A stretch of DNA of 64,000 nucleotides from NCBI GenBank assembly GCA_964252035.1, contig OZ176200.1; one strand, written 5' to 3'. Positions 24,901 to 39,500 of this stretch are shown here, piece after piece. Both the position numbers and the translations under genes were made by a program. The DNA is from Podarcis erhardii (Eukaryota). The stretch's first letter is position 1, and every line of letters starts with the position of its first letter. Below the pieces are notes generated by a model. It was given only the letters and a program-made list of their open reading frames with translations, did not search any database and was not told where the DNA came from.

Positions 24901-27504
24901 CTGCAATTGAACTTTTATTGACTTATAATGAATACAAGTTGTTAACTACTCAAGGCAGCACGAAAACAAAAATCTGTTACAATATCCCATTATTATTACA
25001 TATTTTTACCCTAACATCCAGTTATCAGACAGTGACTTGGACATTACCAATATTATCAGATTTTCTAGTGTCTAAAGTGACTCCATGTGCATTTCACCCT
25101 AACAGAGCTACTCATTTTGGCCCTTTGGTCATTCCACCCAAATACAGTGGTACCTCGGGTTAAGAATTTAATTCGTTCTTCATATGTTCATGTTCTTGTT
25201 TGAACAAGTTAAAAAATATGTATATGATTGGTTGCACTACTTCCAAACAAATGAAATGTTTAAAAAGGATTGTAAAGAGAGGAAATATATTGAAGGAGAG
25301 TCTAGATTTCAGAAAGAGATAATAAATAATGATTATAAGGTTTTGTCAAAAATGTATAAAATGCTATTGGAATGGCAAACAAAAGACGAAGAAGTTAAAT
25401 CGGTTATGATACATTGGGCCAAGGATTTTGGTTATAATATACAGCTGACAGATTGGGAGAAGGTATGGAAGGAAAATATGAAATTCACTGCATGTATGAC
25501 GATAAAGGAAAATATCATGAAAATGGTATATAGATGGTATATCACTCCCGTTAAACTTGCAAAAATGTATAAGACATGTAATAAATGTTGGAAATGTAAG
25601 GAGAAGGAAGGGTCGTTTTATCATATGTGGTGGGAGTGTAAGAAAGTAAAAGGCTTCTGGGAAATGATATATAATGAGTTGAAAAAGATGTTTAAATATA
25701 CGTTTGTGAAGAAACCAGAAGCCTTTTTGTTAGGAATTACAGGAAGCGAGATCAATAGAAGTGATTATAAACTTTTTCAATATGCAGTGACTGCGGCAAG
25801 AATTTTAATGGCTCAAAAATGGAAACAAGAAGATTTACCAACATTGGAAGAATGGAGACGGAAATTGATGGACTTTGCTGAATTAGACAAACTGACAGGA
25901 AAAATCAGATACCAAAAGGATCACAAGTTCATACAGGACTGGAGAAAGTTTACGATTTATCTGGAAAATATATGTGATGAACAGACAACGCTAGTCGGTT
26001 TTAAAGAGGCTTTGTGAGGAGAAAGGGTGTTGTAAGAGGGGAAAGAGCTGTAAAGATTCACTAACTAGCAATACAATTATAAAGGAAATGTGAATTAAAT
26101 TTTAAAATCATGAGGATTGTGGAGGGAGCTGGGGGAAGTCTAAAAGAATTTATGTATTATATTGGAAAGTATGTGTTATTTAAATTTGTAAAAGAAAAAC
26201 TTTTCTAAAAAATTAATAAAAATAAAAAAAAGAATTTAATTCATTCTGGAGGTCCGTTCTTAACCTGAAACTGTTCTTAACTTGGGGTACCACCTTAGCT
26301 AATGGGGCCTCCTGCTGTCCCTGCGCTGCCGCTGCACGATTTCTGTTCTCATCCTGAAGCAAAGTTCTTAATCTGAGGTACCATTTCTGCGTTAGCAGAG
26401 TCTGTAACCTGAAGCGTCTGTAACCCGAGGTACCACTGTACAGGAAATGCAAAATGGATGTTTCTTTTCCTCTCACATCTTAGAATTACCATAACTACCT
26501 GTAGGCAGCCTTCCCTGTCTGCGCTGCCTATGGTCATTCTAGCCATTTCCTATGCATGTGGACACTCTGAAGCTTAAATGGAACTCCACTGCACAGAAGA
26601 ACTGTTCTTGTGCAAACCCAGGAAAAGCTTCCTCAAAACTACTGACTAGAAATGGCTGTGAATTATTTCCTTAAACTCAAACAACCGTGTGGATATGACA
26701 TGTGTGAAGTATCCAAAGAGCTCCAACTACCAGTTTTCATTTTAAGTATTTCAGGCTTTGGGCTCTAGGCATGTTGCTCATAACAGCTGATTACTCATGA
26801 GAAAGAACTCACCTCCATTTTCAAAGAAGAATTTTACAATTATTATTTACTCACCTGCCTCCGTAGTGAAGGACCGGGAGCATTTTCTTCAAATTTGGCT
26901 AAGAGCTGAGTTGCCATAGACTTCACTTTGTTTTGATTCATTCCTTCTTTCAAGTCCCCCAGCTGGTTACCAGAATTCGTACCTCGATTCAAAGAACTTG
27001 AAGACTGCAATGGAACAATTGAAGGAAAATGTATATACTCCACTTCAGAGAGAAGGTTAGGGACAGCCTGATATGGCATCTTGACCAGTCCACAGGCCAC
27101 AGAAGTGTCACTGAATGCATGAAAAGTAAAACCAACTTTAAAATTTAAATAGAATCTTCAATAGATTTAAAATTCAGATAAAATGAATGTGGGCCTACGA
27201 CTGTGTTCAAATCCTTACTCAGCCATGACCCTCACTGGGTGACCTAGGGCCAGTCGCTGCCTCTCAGCCTAACCTACCTCACAGGGTTGCTGTAGGGTTT
27301 AAATGAGGAGAGGGAGAACCATGTATGCCAACTTGAGCTCTTTGGAGAAAAAGGTGGGATAGAAATGCCATTAATCAATCACTCAATCAATGGCATGCAT
27401 TGAGACACACATGCAAGTAATGGAAGAAAGCAGAATGCTATGAAAAATGGAAGGTTACTTTACTTTCCCCATGTTCAGCCTATAAAGTCTATGGAAACAT
27501 ACTT

Positions 27505-27541
<37 letters not shown>

Positions 27542-30500
27542 ATTCATAAGTCAGGCTTCAAAAGAAGGTAGACTGGGTGCTAGGCATGGCATCTGGTCCC
27601 ATCTCCCACTTTAAAAGGTGGGGCCTAGCATGGTTGGTTGGTTTTCACTTTTGATGAAGAAGGTAACTTCACACACACACACTTGTCTGTGTATGGATCA
27701 GAACTTTTTTGGCATGTTTATAATCTATAATGTAGATTCTATTTTTAGAGAATAGTGGAGAGAAATTAAAGCAATGCCTGTCAGACACTGCGCCTGTGAG
27801 TCGACATCTTCAACAGAAGCCAGGCTGCGAATCCAGCTGCAGCTTCTTATACCAAAATAATTTAAACAAACAGAAGTCAATTTAATATAGATGCTCACAA
27901 ATATGAAAGGAAATATGAAAGGAAGAACTTTTTTTCAACAATTCTTATACATTAAAGACTTAAGGATAATAGATCAGGACACTTGATTTGCCCAAAACGG
28001 TTGATCAGTTAAAACCATATACCAATAGCAAATTTAATCATGACAATTAGTACTAACCTCTTCAAAATTAATGAGACTTTTACGTCGTCTTTTACTGGTT
28101 TCCTTTTCTTCTGCCTAAAAACAATTGGAGGAAGCAAAACATATCATTCACAATGGCATACACACTCAGAATCTATCAACTTAACAGAGAATGGCAGCTA
28201 AAATGAAGACATCCCACAAAACTAAATTCACTGGTCAGTGACAAAATGAATGGGTTGATCAGACCGAGGAATTGAGGTTAGGCACTAGCTTTAATTTAAT
28301 TACTAAATAAGCTTGTAAATGTTTCCACTGACATATGTCTACAGAACTCATTCCAGGCTTTCAGTCATCATAAAAATTAGCTGAGGCTTGTTCTGCTATT
28401 TCCATAAGCATCTCCCTATCCTCAGCAAAATGTTATCTAGGAGAAACCAAGCTAGACTTGATGAGGCAGCGATGCTTATTATACGTTGCTTATTCCTGTC
28501 TCTCCATTCACATAAAAAGTGGGGTGGATGGGGTCAGATCCGAATCCTCCCTGCCCCTTGCCTAACTATTCTGTCAGCACAGGCACTTTCCCCACCAGCG
28601 GCTTAAATACCAAAAGTAAACTGAACTAAGAACAGTTGCCTGAAGCCATGGGAAGGCCAGATATTGCAAATGCTTTCATCCATGTGCCCCTTTTAGTATA
28701 CACGAATGGCCAGACATTAAAACAAACATGGATGCCCAGTCACATTTAATTTTGCCCAAACATATTTGCTCCTTGTGAAACAGGCCTCATTAATAGCTTT
28801 AGGCTATCAACTTCCAGAATGGCTACCTAGGGCCAGCACAGCAGCCATAAAAAAAATTATCGATAAAAATTAGATCATCATTTTCAGGTATCATAAGAGT
28901 CAAATTTGAGCAACAGCACATTCCACCAGGGACAGCTGGAATGTGAGATTTCTCAAGTAGCATTAGGCATGTGTGCAACAAATTCATTGAACTGGTCCTT
29001 CAATTCCTCCATGTAACTTTAACATAGGCTGGTCCTATACACTTGGTGCCTCATTATGAATTAATGCCAAGATAACTCTTATTCATAAACTAATTTTAAA
29101 CCATTTGTATTCTAGTCTTCAGTAGATTTTAGCCTTGCAAACACCTGGAAAGGATGGTTTTGTTGGACAGACAAGGTCACCAACTGAATTGCCTAACTAA
29201 GTCAATATTTCAGTATGGATTCCCAAAAACCAAGGCCAGCACTAGCCAATAGACCAGACTGATGAACTAAGAACTTGGCATTCAGTTTGCTGACAGTGGC
29301 TAGATATGCCTTCAAGAAGCTTATGGTATCACAGCAATCCTGCAAGTGTTTCTATACCACTGAAATAAATGGGGGCATGTGCTGTATTCAGGGTTGCAGC
29401 TCAAATGTGCAAAGTGGTTTGCAGTCATTATGTGATCAGCTCCATAAGGCCCTGAAATCACATAACTCCCATAACAATTCCCATTTTACAAATGGAGGAA
29501 ATAAAAGCTGGGAGAAATACTTTGTCCGAGGCTCGTCAGTGGATTAAAGGCTACGCCAGAGGCCTCAGACACATTAGTTCAGACCAAAGCCAAGAGTTCT
29601 TTCAAACGAGTCAGAATTACATAACAAATGCTTTCATAATAACCAACGCTTATAGGAGTCTAGACTCCTTAGCTTTCTAATGCTACAAAGCATCTGAGTG
29701 TGTTGCTTTAGGCAGGACTTCGGAGGCAAAATGTACTGTGGCAGTGAAGCACACATAACTTTTAAGCACATCATTCAGTTGTGGTAACTGAGCTCAGAGG
29801 ATTAGAACTCCAGTGCTGCCTGATTCAGGGCCTGCATGGATCTACAGATTTAATTCGCAGACATGAGAAATTATCTGCTATACGAACTGGTGAGCAAAAC
29901 GTTACAGCACCCAACAAACATGTTATAGGCTCTGGATTGACTGGTATTGTGTTTCAATTTTCTTTTCTTAAAACACACCAAACATTTTTGCTGGAAAAAA
30001 ATATGTAACCTGTCTGTGTTCCTGCAAATGTCAAGACCAACCACAGGCTGCAGCCTTGTAATCTGCACTGCTGGCATTGAGCAGGGGCGGAGGGAGAGAG
30101 CAAGATCAAAGAAACAAGGGCTTCCTTTTTACATTTCCACTGCTTATAATAAATCATGGTGTAAGGAATCAAGAATGATCTCAGCCCTAACTTTTGGGCT
30201 GATCCCAAAGAAAGAGAAACGGATGACAGTATGTTAAGTACTACGTCTTCCAAGTACCGGCTCTCACTAACAAAGCATCATGTTCGGTGTAAGCATTAGT
30301 CAGCCTAACAAGACTAAACACTGCGGTGGCACAATTTGTTCTGCTGGAGTTCGTATGTTCCCTCTCACGGGACAATAGAACACTTCTTATCTGGAGTCTT
30401 GAACAGGAGGCTTTGGTAAATGGATTTCTGTCTCTCCTTACTGCTGAATATGACTGACATAGGAATTAGAAAATTCAGATCTTTCTACAGTACGGAAAAG

Positions 30501-33500
30501 ATTTGCTGCTAACAAATGAATAAAAACAAAGAGATAAGCTGCAGGTGGAACAGGTAGAAACATTTCCCCCTATGTATAACAAATGCTGTTAACATTGTGC
30601 CAAGAGTTGAATAACTGGCATCCCCACAGATGCCAGTCTACATTTTTAACAAGTGGTGCTTATGATAGCCATTTCAATAACAATGGTTAATTAAAAATCG
30701 GTGATACTGACAAAATTAAATAATTACTAGGTAGTATTCCAGACCATATGCTTTGTTTGAACTATTCTACAGTCATGCTTTTTATCAACTTATTGACGAT
30801 GGGTGCTATTCAACTAAGTCATCCTCAGAATAAGATAAAGGTAAAGGACTCATGGACGGTTAAGTCCAGTCAAAGGTGACTATGGGATGCGGCGCTCATC
30901 TTGCTTCAGGCCAAGGGAGCCAGCATTTGTCTGCAGACAGCTTTCTGGGTCATGTGGCCAGCATGACTAAACGCAATGGAACACTGTGACGGAAGCCAGA
31001 GCGCAAGTAAACAACATTTATCTTCCCGCCACAGTGGTACCTATTTATCTACTGACACTGGTATGCTTTCGAACTGCAAGGTTGGCAGAAGCTGGGACAG
31101 AACAGCGGGAGCTCATCCCATTGTGGGGATTCAAACGGCCAACCATCTGATCGGCAAGCTCCAGACGCTCAGTGGTTTAGACCACAGCACCAAATCCATG
31201 GGTTTAAGTTGCTACTCTGAGTACGACTTAGGCCCCCTTAACACCATACATTCAAAGCACGACAATACCAATTTTAGCAGTCATGGCTCCCCTCCCCCCA
31301 AATAATTCTAGGAGCTATAGTTTGTGAAGGTTGTTGAGAGTTGTTAGGAGACCCCTAGCACCTGCCCAGGCCTATAATTCCCAGAGTGGTTTGACAATAA
31401 ATCTCTTCCTAGGTAACTATAAGTATTGTAGCTCTGTGAGGCTGATGGGGGGGGGTCTCCTAACAACTCTTTGCATCCCTAAACTACAGCAGCCAGAATT
31501 ATTTGGTGGAAACCATGGCTGTTTAAAAAGCAGTATCATAGTGTTTTAAAGGCATTGTGCAAAGGTGGGCTTAGTTAGATAATACCCCATGCCATTATTT
31601 TTTCTTTCTACTTAATGCCCCTGAGATTACAGAGGTCCAAAAAAGACTTTCTTAAAAATGAAGGTTCTCATTTTCCTAGACCCATATTAGATGTTGTTGG
31701 GATCAAAATGCTTATTGGTAGATACATGGGATTAGGATACAAAGTGCTCTCTAATCCAGCAAAAGCTCTTGTTGTTGAAAGGAAAGGGAAGATCTTCACC
31801 AATTCTCCTTTCCCCCTACAAGCTCCATCCATTTCCAACACACAATCCACCAAATAATTTTTTCAGGGGGTGCAAGTGGCTGTAGGTGGGAAAGAAACTG
31901 ACAAAACCCACCACCAAACTTTCCATTAGTGTGATTGTTTTGTGAGTAAGCATTCTACCCAAGGGATTTCTGGATCCAACAACCCTTAGGTGATAAAGTT
32001 AGATTTAAATTGTAAGGCTCTGAGAAGGATTTTGCTTAATTCTAATCTTTTACATGAAATTAGTTCTGTTAGGCCCTCTGAATTAATAAATACAATATTA
32101 TTTACATTTTTATTGTCCAGTTAAGAACAAGAAAACTGGGGGGGGGGGTAATGAATATGGGTTCAATGTGAATTTTTAATTCAGGTTATTATTAATGTCC
32201 AGCACTAATATAAACAGGGCACAAGTATGCAGTGTTGTAATGACTGAATTGTCCATGAACAAAAAAGTTGTTAAGTGACACCTTGAAAAATACCATATCA
32301 AGTTTTTAGCAAAACAATCTGCTGGAAGTTTGCTTTAAGAGGGTGTGGTATTCTTTCTCTCCTGGAAAATTTGATTTTTGTCAGTTAGGCTTCTGTTGAG
32401 TAAATGTGCCAGCTCTGTTTGCATGGCTGAGCGAAGAAATGCTGTTTCCTAAAAAGGGCATGAGGTAACTGCTTGGTAGCTAAGTGTTCATATGATTTGA
32501 GGATGTTATTTATAGAATGGGCAACATAAGAATGATCTTATACTTAGTTCTGAGTAAATTCTTCCTAGAACAATTTAGTGTGTTTCAAAAGACCCAGCTG
32601 AGGTAATTTTAAATGCAGACAAGGATTTTATAAGTTGGCAAAATAATATTTCCTAACCTTTTCCTGCTTCATCTATGACCCTCTTAAAACAACAGAGACA
32701 TTTTACCCATTTCTCTTCCAGCATTAAGGTTAAGTCTCAGTTTTGCATTCTGAGATTGCCACGAAAACAGAAAATAATAAAATCCTAACCCAAAAAGTGG
32801 AAATTAAAGCAAAGGAAAGTGTGCATTTGATTTGATACAATAAAAAATAATACCCTCACACAAAGACAATTTTTTTTTTTACTGAATCAGAACATTTTGT
32901 TGCATGCTAAAGAAACTTCACATTTGGAATATAAACAATGACGTTTATCTTACTTGACCCAGTAAATAACCAAGATAATCTCACCTAACCAGATGGACAA
33001 ATGATCTGGCTCAATATAAGGAAGCTCTCTGTGGCCTCACAGTTCAATGGGGCAATGGGGGGGGGGGGATAAATACCAACAAAAAACAGAGAGGAAGCTT
33101 TTAGCAAAGGCCACTTCGGCAAAGACACAGCCAGTAACGACTGCCCCTAATAAGTAAGATCTCTAAAATTTCAAATAACTCCCCTGCCAATTGATCATAA
33201 TCCCTCCCCCAATTCACCACCCACAAATGCTGCAGTGAATTCCTAGAGGAAAGTATTCTGCAAACAAGCCTGGGAACTGCTTTGCTGGATCAAACCAAAG
33301 GCCAGCTGAATACTGTACTGTACATAATGTCCCCGAATACAAAATTCTGTTTTGGCTGTCATAACTAATAGCTCTTTGATGAACACAAGCATATATTAAT
33401 TTGGTTTATAATTGGGGGTTTTTAAAAGGACAGAGCTACTGAAGTTATAGGATGCTTACTTTAGGTATTCTCTTCCTTGGAAAAGTTAAATTCATGTAGT

Positions 33501-36500
33501 TATTGAAGTTGGATGATTTTGCTGAACAAAGATCCTTTCTTTCTCCATTTCGCTTATCCGTAGCACCTGTTCAAACATGGATAAATAAAGAAATAAATAT
33601 AAAGTATGCTGTCCAGCAACTGGAGCATTCTTATTAGGCTAAGGAAATACACCTCTTAATAAAGCATGTTTTGAAATTTAACCTCGAAATGCAAAAAGCT
33701 CTGTTTTACTCAACTGTATTTTAAAATAACATCACTGTCTGAGCCAAATAGCACAATCTTATTCCTATTTATCAAATTTTTAATATCACTATATTCAATG
33801 GGTCTTATTCAAGCTAAGTGTGCCTGAGATTGCACTCATTTGCCTGTAAGCCAATCTAAGATTGCCCCATTGTGTCTTCTTCACTAGCAAGCATCACTGA
33901 AATTTGTATTACCTGGTCTGTAAATAGAAGTTTCAGCAGCTTGTAATCTAAGAGATCAAATACTGTTGCCCTAGCTCTTCTCTAGTTCAGATTTTAATCA
34001 ACATGGATGATGTCTTCCAGCCTTGCCACTCCCATCACCACTTCCCTTCCCTTAACTGGTGGAATGGAGGAAGATCTTTCTAATCCTGGTGGCTGTGGAC
34101 CATGTGGAAGGTTGACTGGAATATGTCTCTCTCTTTTTGGTATGGTACTAACAGATACCCCTGTACTGAGAAACCTCATGCCCCAGCACTCCTGGTGCTT
34201 GGTACACAAGTCAGATTTGTTTACTTGGTAGGATGGAGTGAACGAGTGCAAAACCAACAACTTTGTGTGAAACATTACAGCGACACTAAGTACAGATGAA
34301 TGGCAATGACCATGTCATCCAGCTCTAGATAAAAGGTTTAAGGCGGCATAAGCCATTCACAATATTAGACATTACACCCCCATTTCCTTTTAAAGCCTGG
34401 GATAACTACAGAACACAGCTATTACAGTTGGACATTCCAGAGCAAGTTATATTGGAGCTGCAAGGCAAACTTTGGCTCGGCTTCAGGGTCAATCAGGCAA
34501 GCTGTAAAACAGTGAAAGGCTGGCTTCTCTTAAGACTTAAGAGCAACCTAGATTGACTTACCCACAGCTCTCAGAGGTGTTCCCCTAAATAGCTCATAGA
34601 ATTTTGAGAGGTACATGACCATACTGAGTTTATCAGGCTCTCCAGAAGACACCATCTCTTTCCCCGTAGTGACAGGGGGAATTCCAAACTCTCGCTCAGC
34701 AATGTCAAACGCCAGCTGGTTGTTTCCAACGGCATCTTCTTCATTCAGGGAGTCAAAGTCACTTGGGGATTCAAAAAGAGGGGCACATCAGTCTGCAGAA
34801 GTGTAGATATTTTAGTTCCCCTGCCCTGCCCTTCAATAATATCTTCTATTTCGGAAACATTTTATAAGCAACCATTTCAGAAGCCTGCTGCAATCCTCCA
34901 CAGAGAAATTTTGTTTAGGAAAATTGGCACCCCCACCAAACAACACATGAAAGTAACCAAGCACTTCGATTTAGTTAAATCTAAATACTTCTATTCGGTT
35001 GAAAAAGTTGCCTCCTTGAGCAAAACAGAACATGTGTGGTCTAGGAATCAGCCAAGTGCTACCCTTGGTGCAAATCACACTTCAGCCTTCAACTCACTGG
35101 GTGGGCCTTGAAAGGTTGCCATCTCATCTTCGATCCTCAGTCATGCAAAAGAAATAACCTTGAATTGTGGCTTAGTCCCATCCACAATAGGCATTCAAAT
35201 CAGGATCATACCACTTTAAACAACCATGCCTTCTCCCAAAGACTCCTGGGAACTACAGCTTGTAAAGGGTGCTGAGAGTTGCTAGGAGAAACCGGTTATC
35301 TTCACAGCGCTACAATTTCCAGGGTCCCCTGGGAAGAGGGATTGCCTGTTAAACCAAATCTGGAAACTGTAGCTCTGTGAGTGGAACAGGGGTCACCTCT
35401 CTGCTGACAACGACAACCAATTCACAATTCAAAAAACCTATATGAAACAACATGTGCCAAACAATAATATGTTGAAACTCCTATCCTAGGAATTGAGGTA
35501 GGTATTTCTGTCCCTGGTGCAAACATGGCAAATGCTAGCAGGGAAGGTTGGTGCTTAGAACATAGCAACAGCATGTCTGGACACAATGCTCTCCCCCCCC
35601 CCCCAAATCTGATGAACTTTTTCAGTCATATTTTTTTTTGGGGGGGGGGGGAGAAAAAGGCTATATTCTTCCTTTCAAAAGAATACCAATCCCTGTTCCC
35701 ACCAGCAGAGACCCTGAAAAGGTGCTATCTTGTGATGTCGCATCCTTCCACACAGGTATGGAATCAGAAATGGTCCTGAAGCACACTAAGAGTGGATGTT
35801 TGCCACAGTGGTGCAAAGTCTTTAAAAGGCAGCCAGGGTTGGAGTATCCACCACTGTCAAATCAAAGTGTAAATCTTCCGCCCCTAAAGATTTTTAACCA
35901 TTTCTCCAGCTCACCTCCAAAAACTGCAGCAAATATTTCTCCACTTTTACAGCCAGAGAGAATTAAGCTCTGAAAACAAGGAAATGCCATTGGCTGAGCT
36001 CTATTACACATGGATGAATTCCCCTCACCTTTCAAAGGATTTAGCCATTATACTTATGATTTCCTTTCAGGAAGGGGACACAGCTGGTGATATTCAACAT
36101 GTAACTTGATAAATCAAACCATGCCAGATTGAAGAAGATCCCTAAGCAGTGAACCTGATCTTTGAGAGAGGATGCAATGCTATCCAAAAGCAGATGAGTT
36201 CCACAGCCCTGGTTGATTAAACCACCAACCAACAGTGCCCCTCTCTTATCTGGATTCAACTTCAGTATACTAAGCCCCATCCATCTCACTATGGATAATT
36301 CAGAGTCAGACATCCTCATCTAACCTTTAACCACATTAGATGAAAAAGGCAGAGTGAGACTGCAGAAGCATACTCATGCTACCTAAACCCCAACTTCCAG
36401 AAAACCTCTCCTAGCAGTTTAATGTTGATGTTAAATAGTATGGTGGGCAGAACAGAACTTTGCAGAGCACCATAACAAATGCAATGGATTTATGAAGAAG

Positions 36501-39500
36501 AAAACTCCATGCTACTTTCAACCCCTCAAACAGAAATGGAAGTCCTTGAGCACAGCATCTCCCACGTTCAACAGGACAGGCCACCCAAAAAGTATACCAT
36601 GGTCCATGAGATAGGCAATGAGAAGTCCAGATCAATTAGCAAGAGCTAGACTGCACCCTCTCTCAACAAATGTCATCAACCAAGGCAGTTTCAGTTCGCA
36701 AGCCATGCCAAATAATGACTGAAATGGGTCTAGGTAATCTCTGTCATCCAGGAATAATTACATGCTTGAGCACCTTAACCTGAACAGGTTGCAGCCAGAC
36801 AGATCAATTAGTGTCAAAGGAGGCTTCCCCCTTCACCACTTCGCTACTGCCCCCTTCAAGGCAACTAGCAGCACCATACCTTATCTCCTAAAGAGATGCA
36901 TTTGCCATTTGCTGGTTCCAACCATTCCCTCTCACACTGGTGATAAAAGCCATGGGAAATGGTAAGCCAGACCTTTCTAAGTGCCTTGTCAGCACTATCA
37001 GAAAGCAAGAACAGAAAGAGATTCAACAAACTGTCAGAAGGCCCTCAGAATTAAGGAGTGTTGCCATCAAGTCCAAGAGCATAGCCCCAAGCAGCAGCAA
37101 CAATAAAGACAAGAGGGGGAGGGGGACAACAGTGGAGCACAAGCCCTCCTCCAGTTAGTTCTCAGGTGTTTGTGGCTACTTACTGAAGCAGCCATTTTAA
37201 CTCTAAGGTGTACTTTCATAGGAGTAAGACAACCCCCCCCCCACAAAACCACCTCCATCCAATCATGTACAGCAGGCATGGCCAAACGTTTGGGACTACA
37301 ATTCCCATCATCCCTGACCACTGGTCCTGTTAGCTAGGGATGATGGGAGTTGTAGTCCCAAAACAGCTGGAGGGCCAAGTTTGGTCATGCCTGATGTACA
37401 GTGTTTAAATCTGCTAGTAAAGACTATTTCTCTAGTAGTGCCATGACCAGATATTTTTGACACTGTCTGCACCTCAAAACAAATCCATGGGGAGGAACGG
37501 CTTTAAGGTGTAGGGCCACCCTGAGTTCTTTTCTGCTGCCCCCTAAATAATCTGGGCAGAAGGTTACTTAGGCAGATCACGTTCTTTGGCTTGGGTAACA
37601 ATACAAAACAGAGCTTAAGGCTTAACATACACATTCTAAAATGTCTTTTATTCAGGCTATCCCCAAAAAATCCCCATATGGCACTAACTGCATGGTTTCT
37701 GCATCACTCCCAACTTGGGAGCTGATACAGTCACGGCAGGAATACAAAGACAGCTTCCAGAAGGGGTTTATAATCCAAAGTTCTACATTTGTAACAATGC
37801 TTCCAAGTCCCTGGCAAATCAAACTGGCCAAATCATCAGTAGAAGAATGAACACTCATTCTTGAAGGGCCTGGTGAAGGTAATGGTGTAGCACACTACTC
37901 TGTGCGTAACAGGCAAGGAAACACCCATAGAACCAACTGTTGGATGTCTCCCCAGGGTTTGGATCCTTACCATCATAACAAGTCATATCAAGTTGGCCAT
38001 CCAATACCAATTCAAGAATTGGTAGTGTATATATCCTGAATGTTTTGTGTTGCAGTGAGCCCTTTTGGCACAGACCTAGTAAAGCTATGGGATTCTTTTT
38101 TCCGCAAATATCATCTTCCCATGTATATTTGCAAAGAATTATAGCGGTTTCTTGCTTTAAAAAAAAAAAAAAGCAATTCAGACTCCGACAAAAGTAAGCA
38201 AAAACGATACAGTTAAAATCTCAAGTAGTAGTTCTTGGAAACTGTATACCTTGCATTTTTACTTTATTTAGTACTGAGCCAAGGACATTCACGAAGGAAA
38301 AAACGAGCAAATACATGCTTAGTTGCAAAAAAAAGATGTTAAAAAGGGAAACAAACTCTCCTCACTGTTTTGATTGGCTTTACCCAAGTCTATACTTTTG
38401 TAGGTGGCAGAACCTGCAATTAGCTAGCATTACACATATAAAAGACATAAGAACTTACATGAGGTCAGGTCTGAAGCGATGCATAATTGCACATAAGGCA
38501 AGGCCACTCCTCCATGAAGTAGTGAGGTCCATGACACTAACATTCCTGTATCCTTCTGTTTGTTTTTGACACCAGGTTAAAAGCTTGTTTGGCCTTATAT
38601 CAGATTCTGAAATAGCAGATTTAAAATATATATATATATATAGTCACTTGTCCAAAGCTACAAATCTCCCCTCCCCTCACCATTTATAGGATGTAAAAAG
38701 CATAATAACAAAACATGCATTTCATACCATGTCTTGAAAGTCCAATTGATCTTCTAATGGAGTCTGCTCTTTCTAGAGGGAATGGCTGAAGCTCATTTGT
38801 AATGTACAGATGCTTCACCTAAGGAAAGACACACCCCATAAAATACAATACTTGCTATAACAACCCTGAATTCTCAATCTGCTAATTATTCAGACTCAAA
38901 ATAGGCCTGTCATACCAACATTTTCCCATCAAGTAACATGAAAGGTTATCAAAATTTCTGACTCAAACCTGGAATATAAACCAGGAGCACCATGATTTAT
39001 GAAGCCTGATGTGATCATCCTAATTGGGTCTGTATCTCCAAATCTCTCAAATGTTTCGCTTATACAAACATTGCTTTATCTAGGGAATTGGAGGCTGAGT
39101 GACTTGACCTTTCTACAAAAGTCAGTCATTTACAGAGCATAGGTAAGCATTCACACTGCTTTCTAGAGCTTGTGGGTTGTATTCAATGTTAGTCATATTC
39201 AGAGTAAACCCTCTGAAATTAGCAGACGTAACTAAGGTTCATTAATTTTAATTGGCCTGCTCTTGAGTAGAACTTAGCTGGAGACAGGCATTTCTCATGT
39301 ACCCCAGCTTACCTGATGAGGTCGAACACAACTTGAGTTCAAGTTTGGATAACGTGTTGCAGGATCAATGGTGTACTGGTCAAAGTTCTTAGTGATATTT
39401 TCAGGTGTCGTCTGAGGTAATAGCCTATAAATGCTTTCTCTGGAAGGTAAAAACAAAAGGTTGCAAGTGTGTGTGTGTGCTTTCTATCTTACAGTGTTTT

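Noticed and set aside
25184-26017. 277-aa plus-strand ORF as a nested host gene
   Set aside because: It is the L1 ORF2 C-terminus with TSD and A tail, 5'-truncated.
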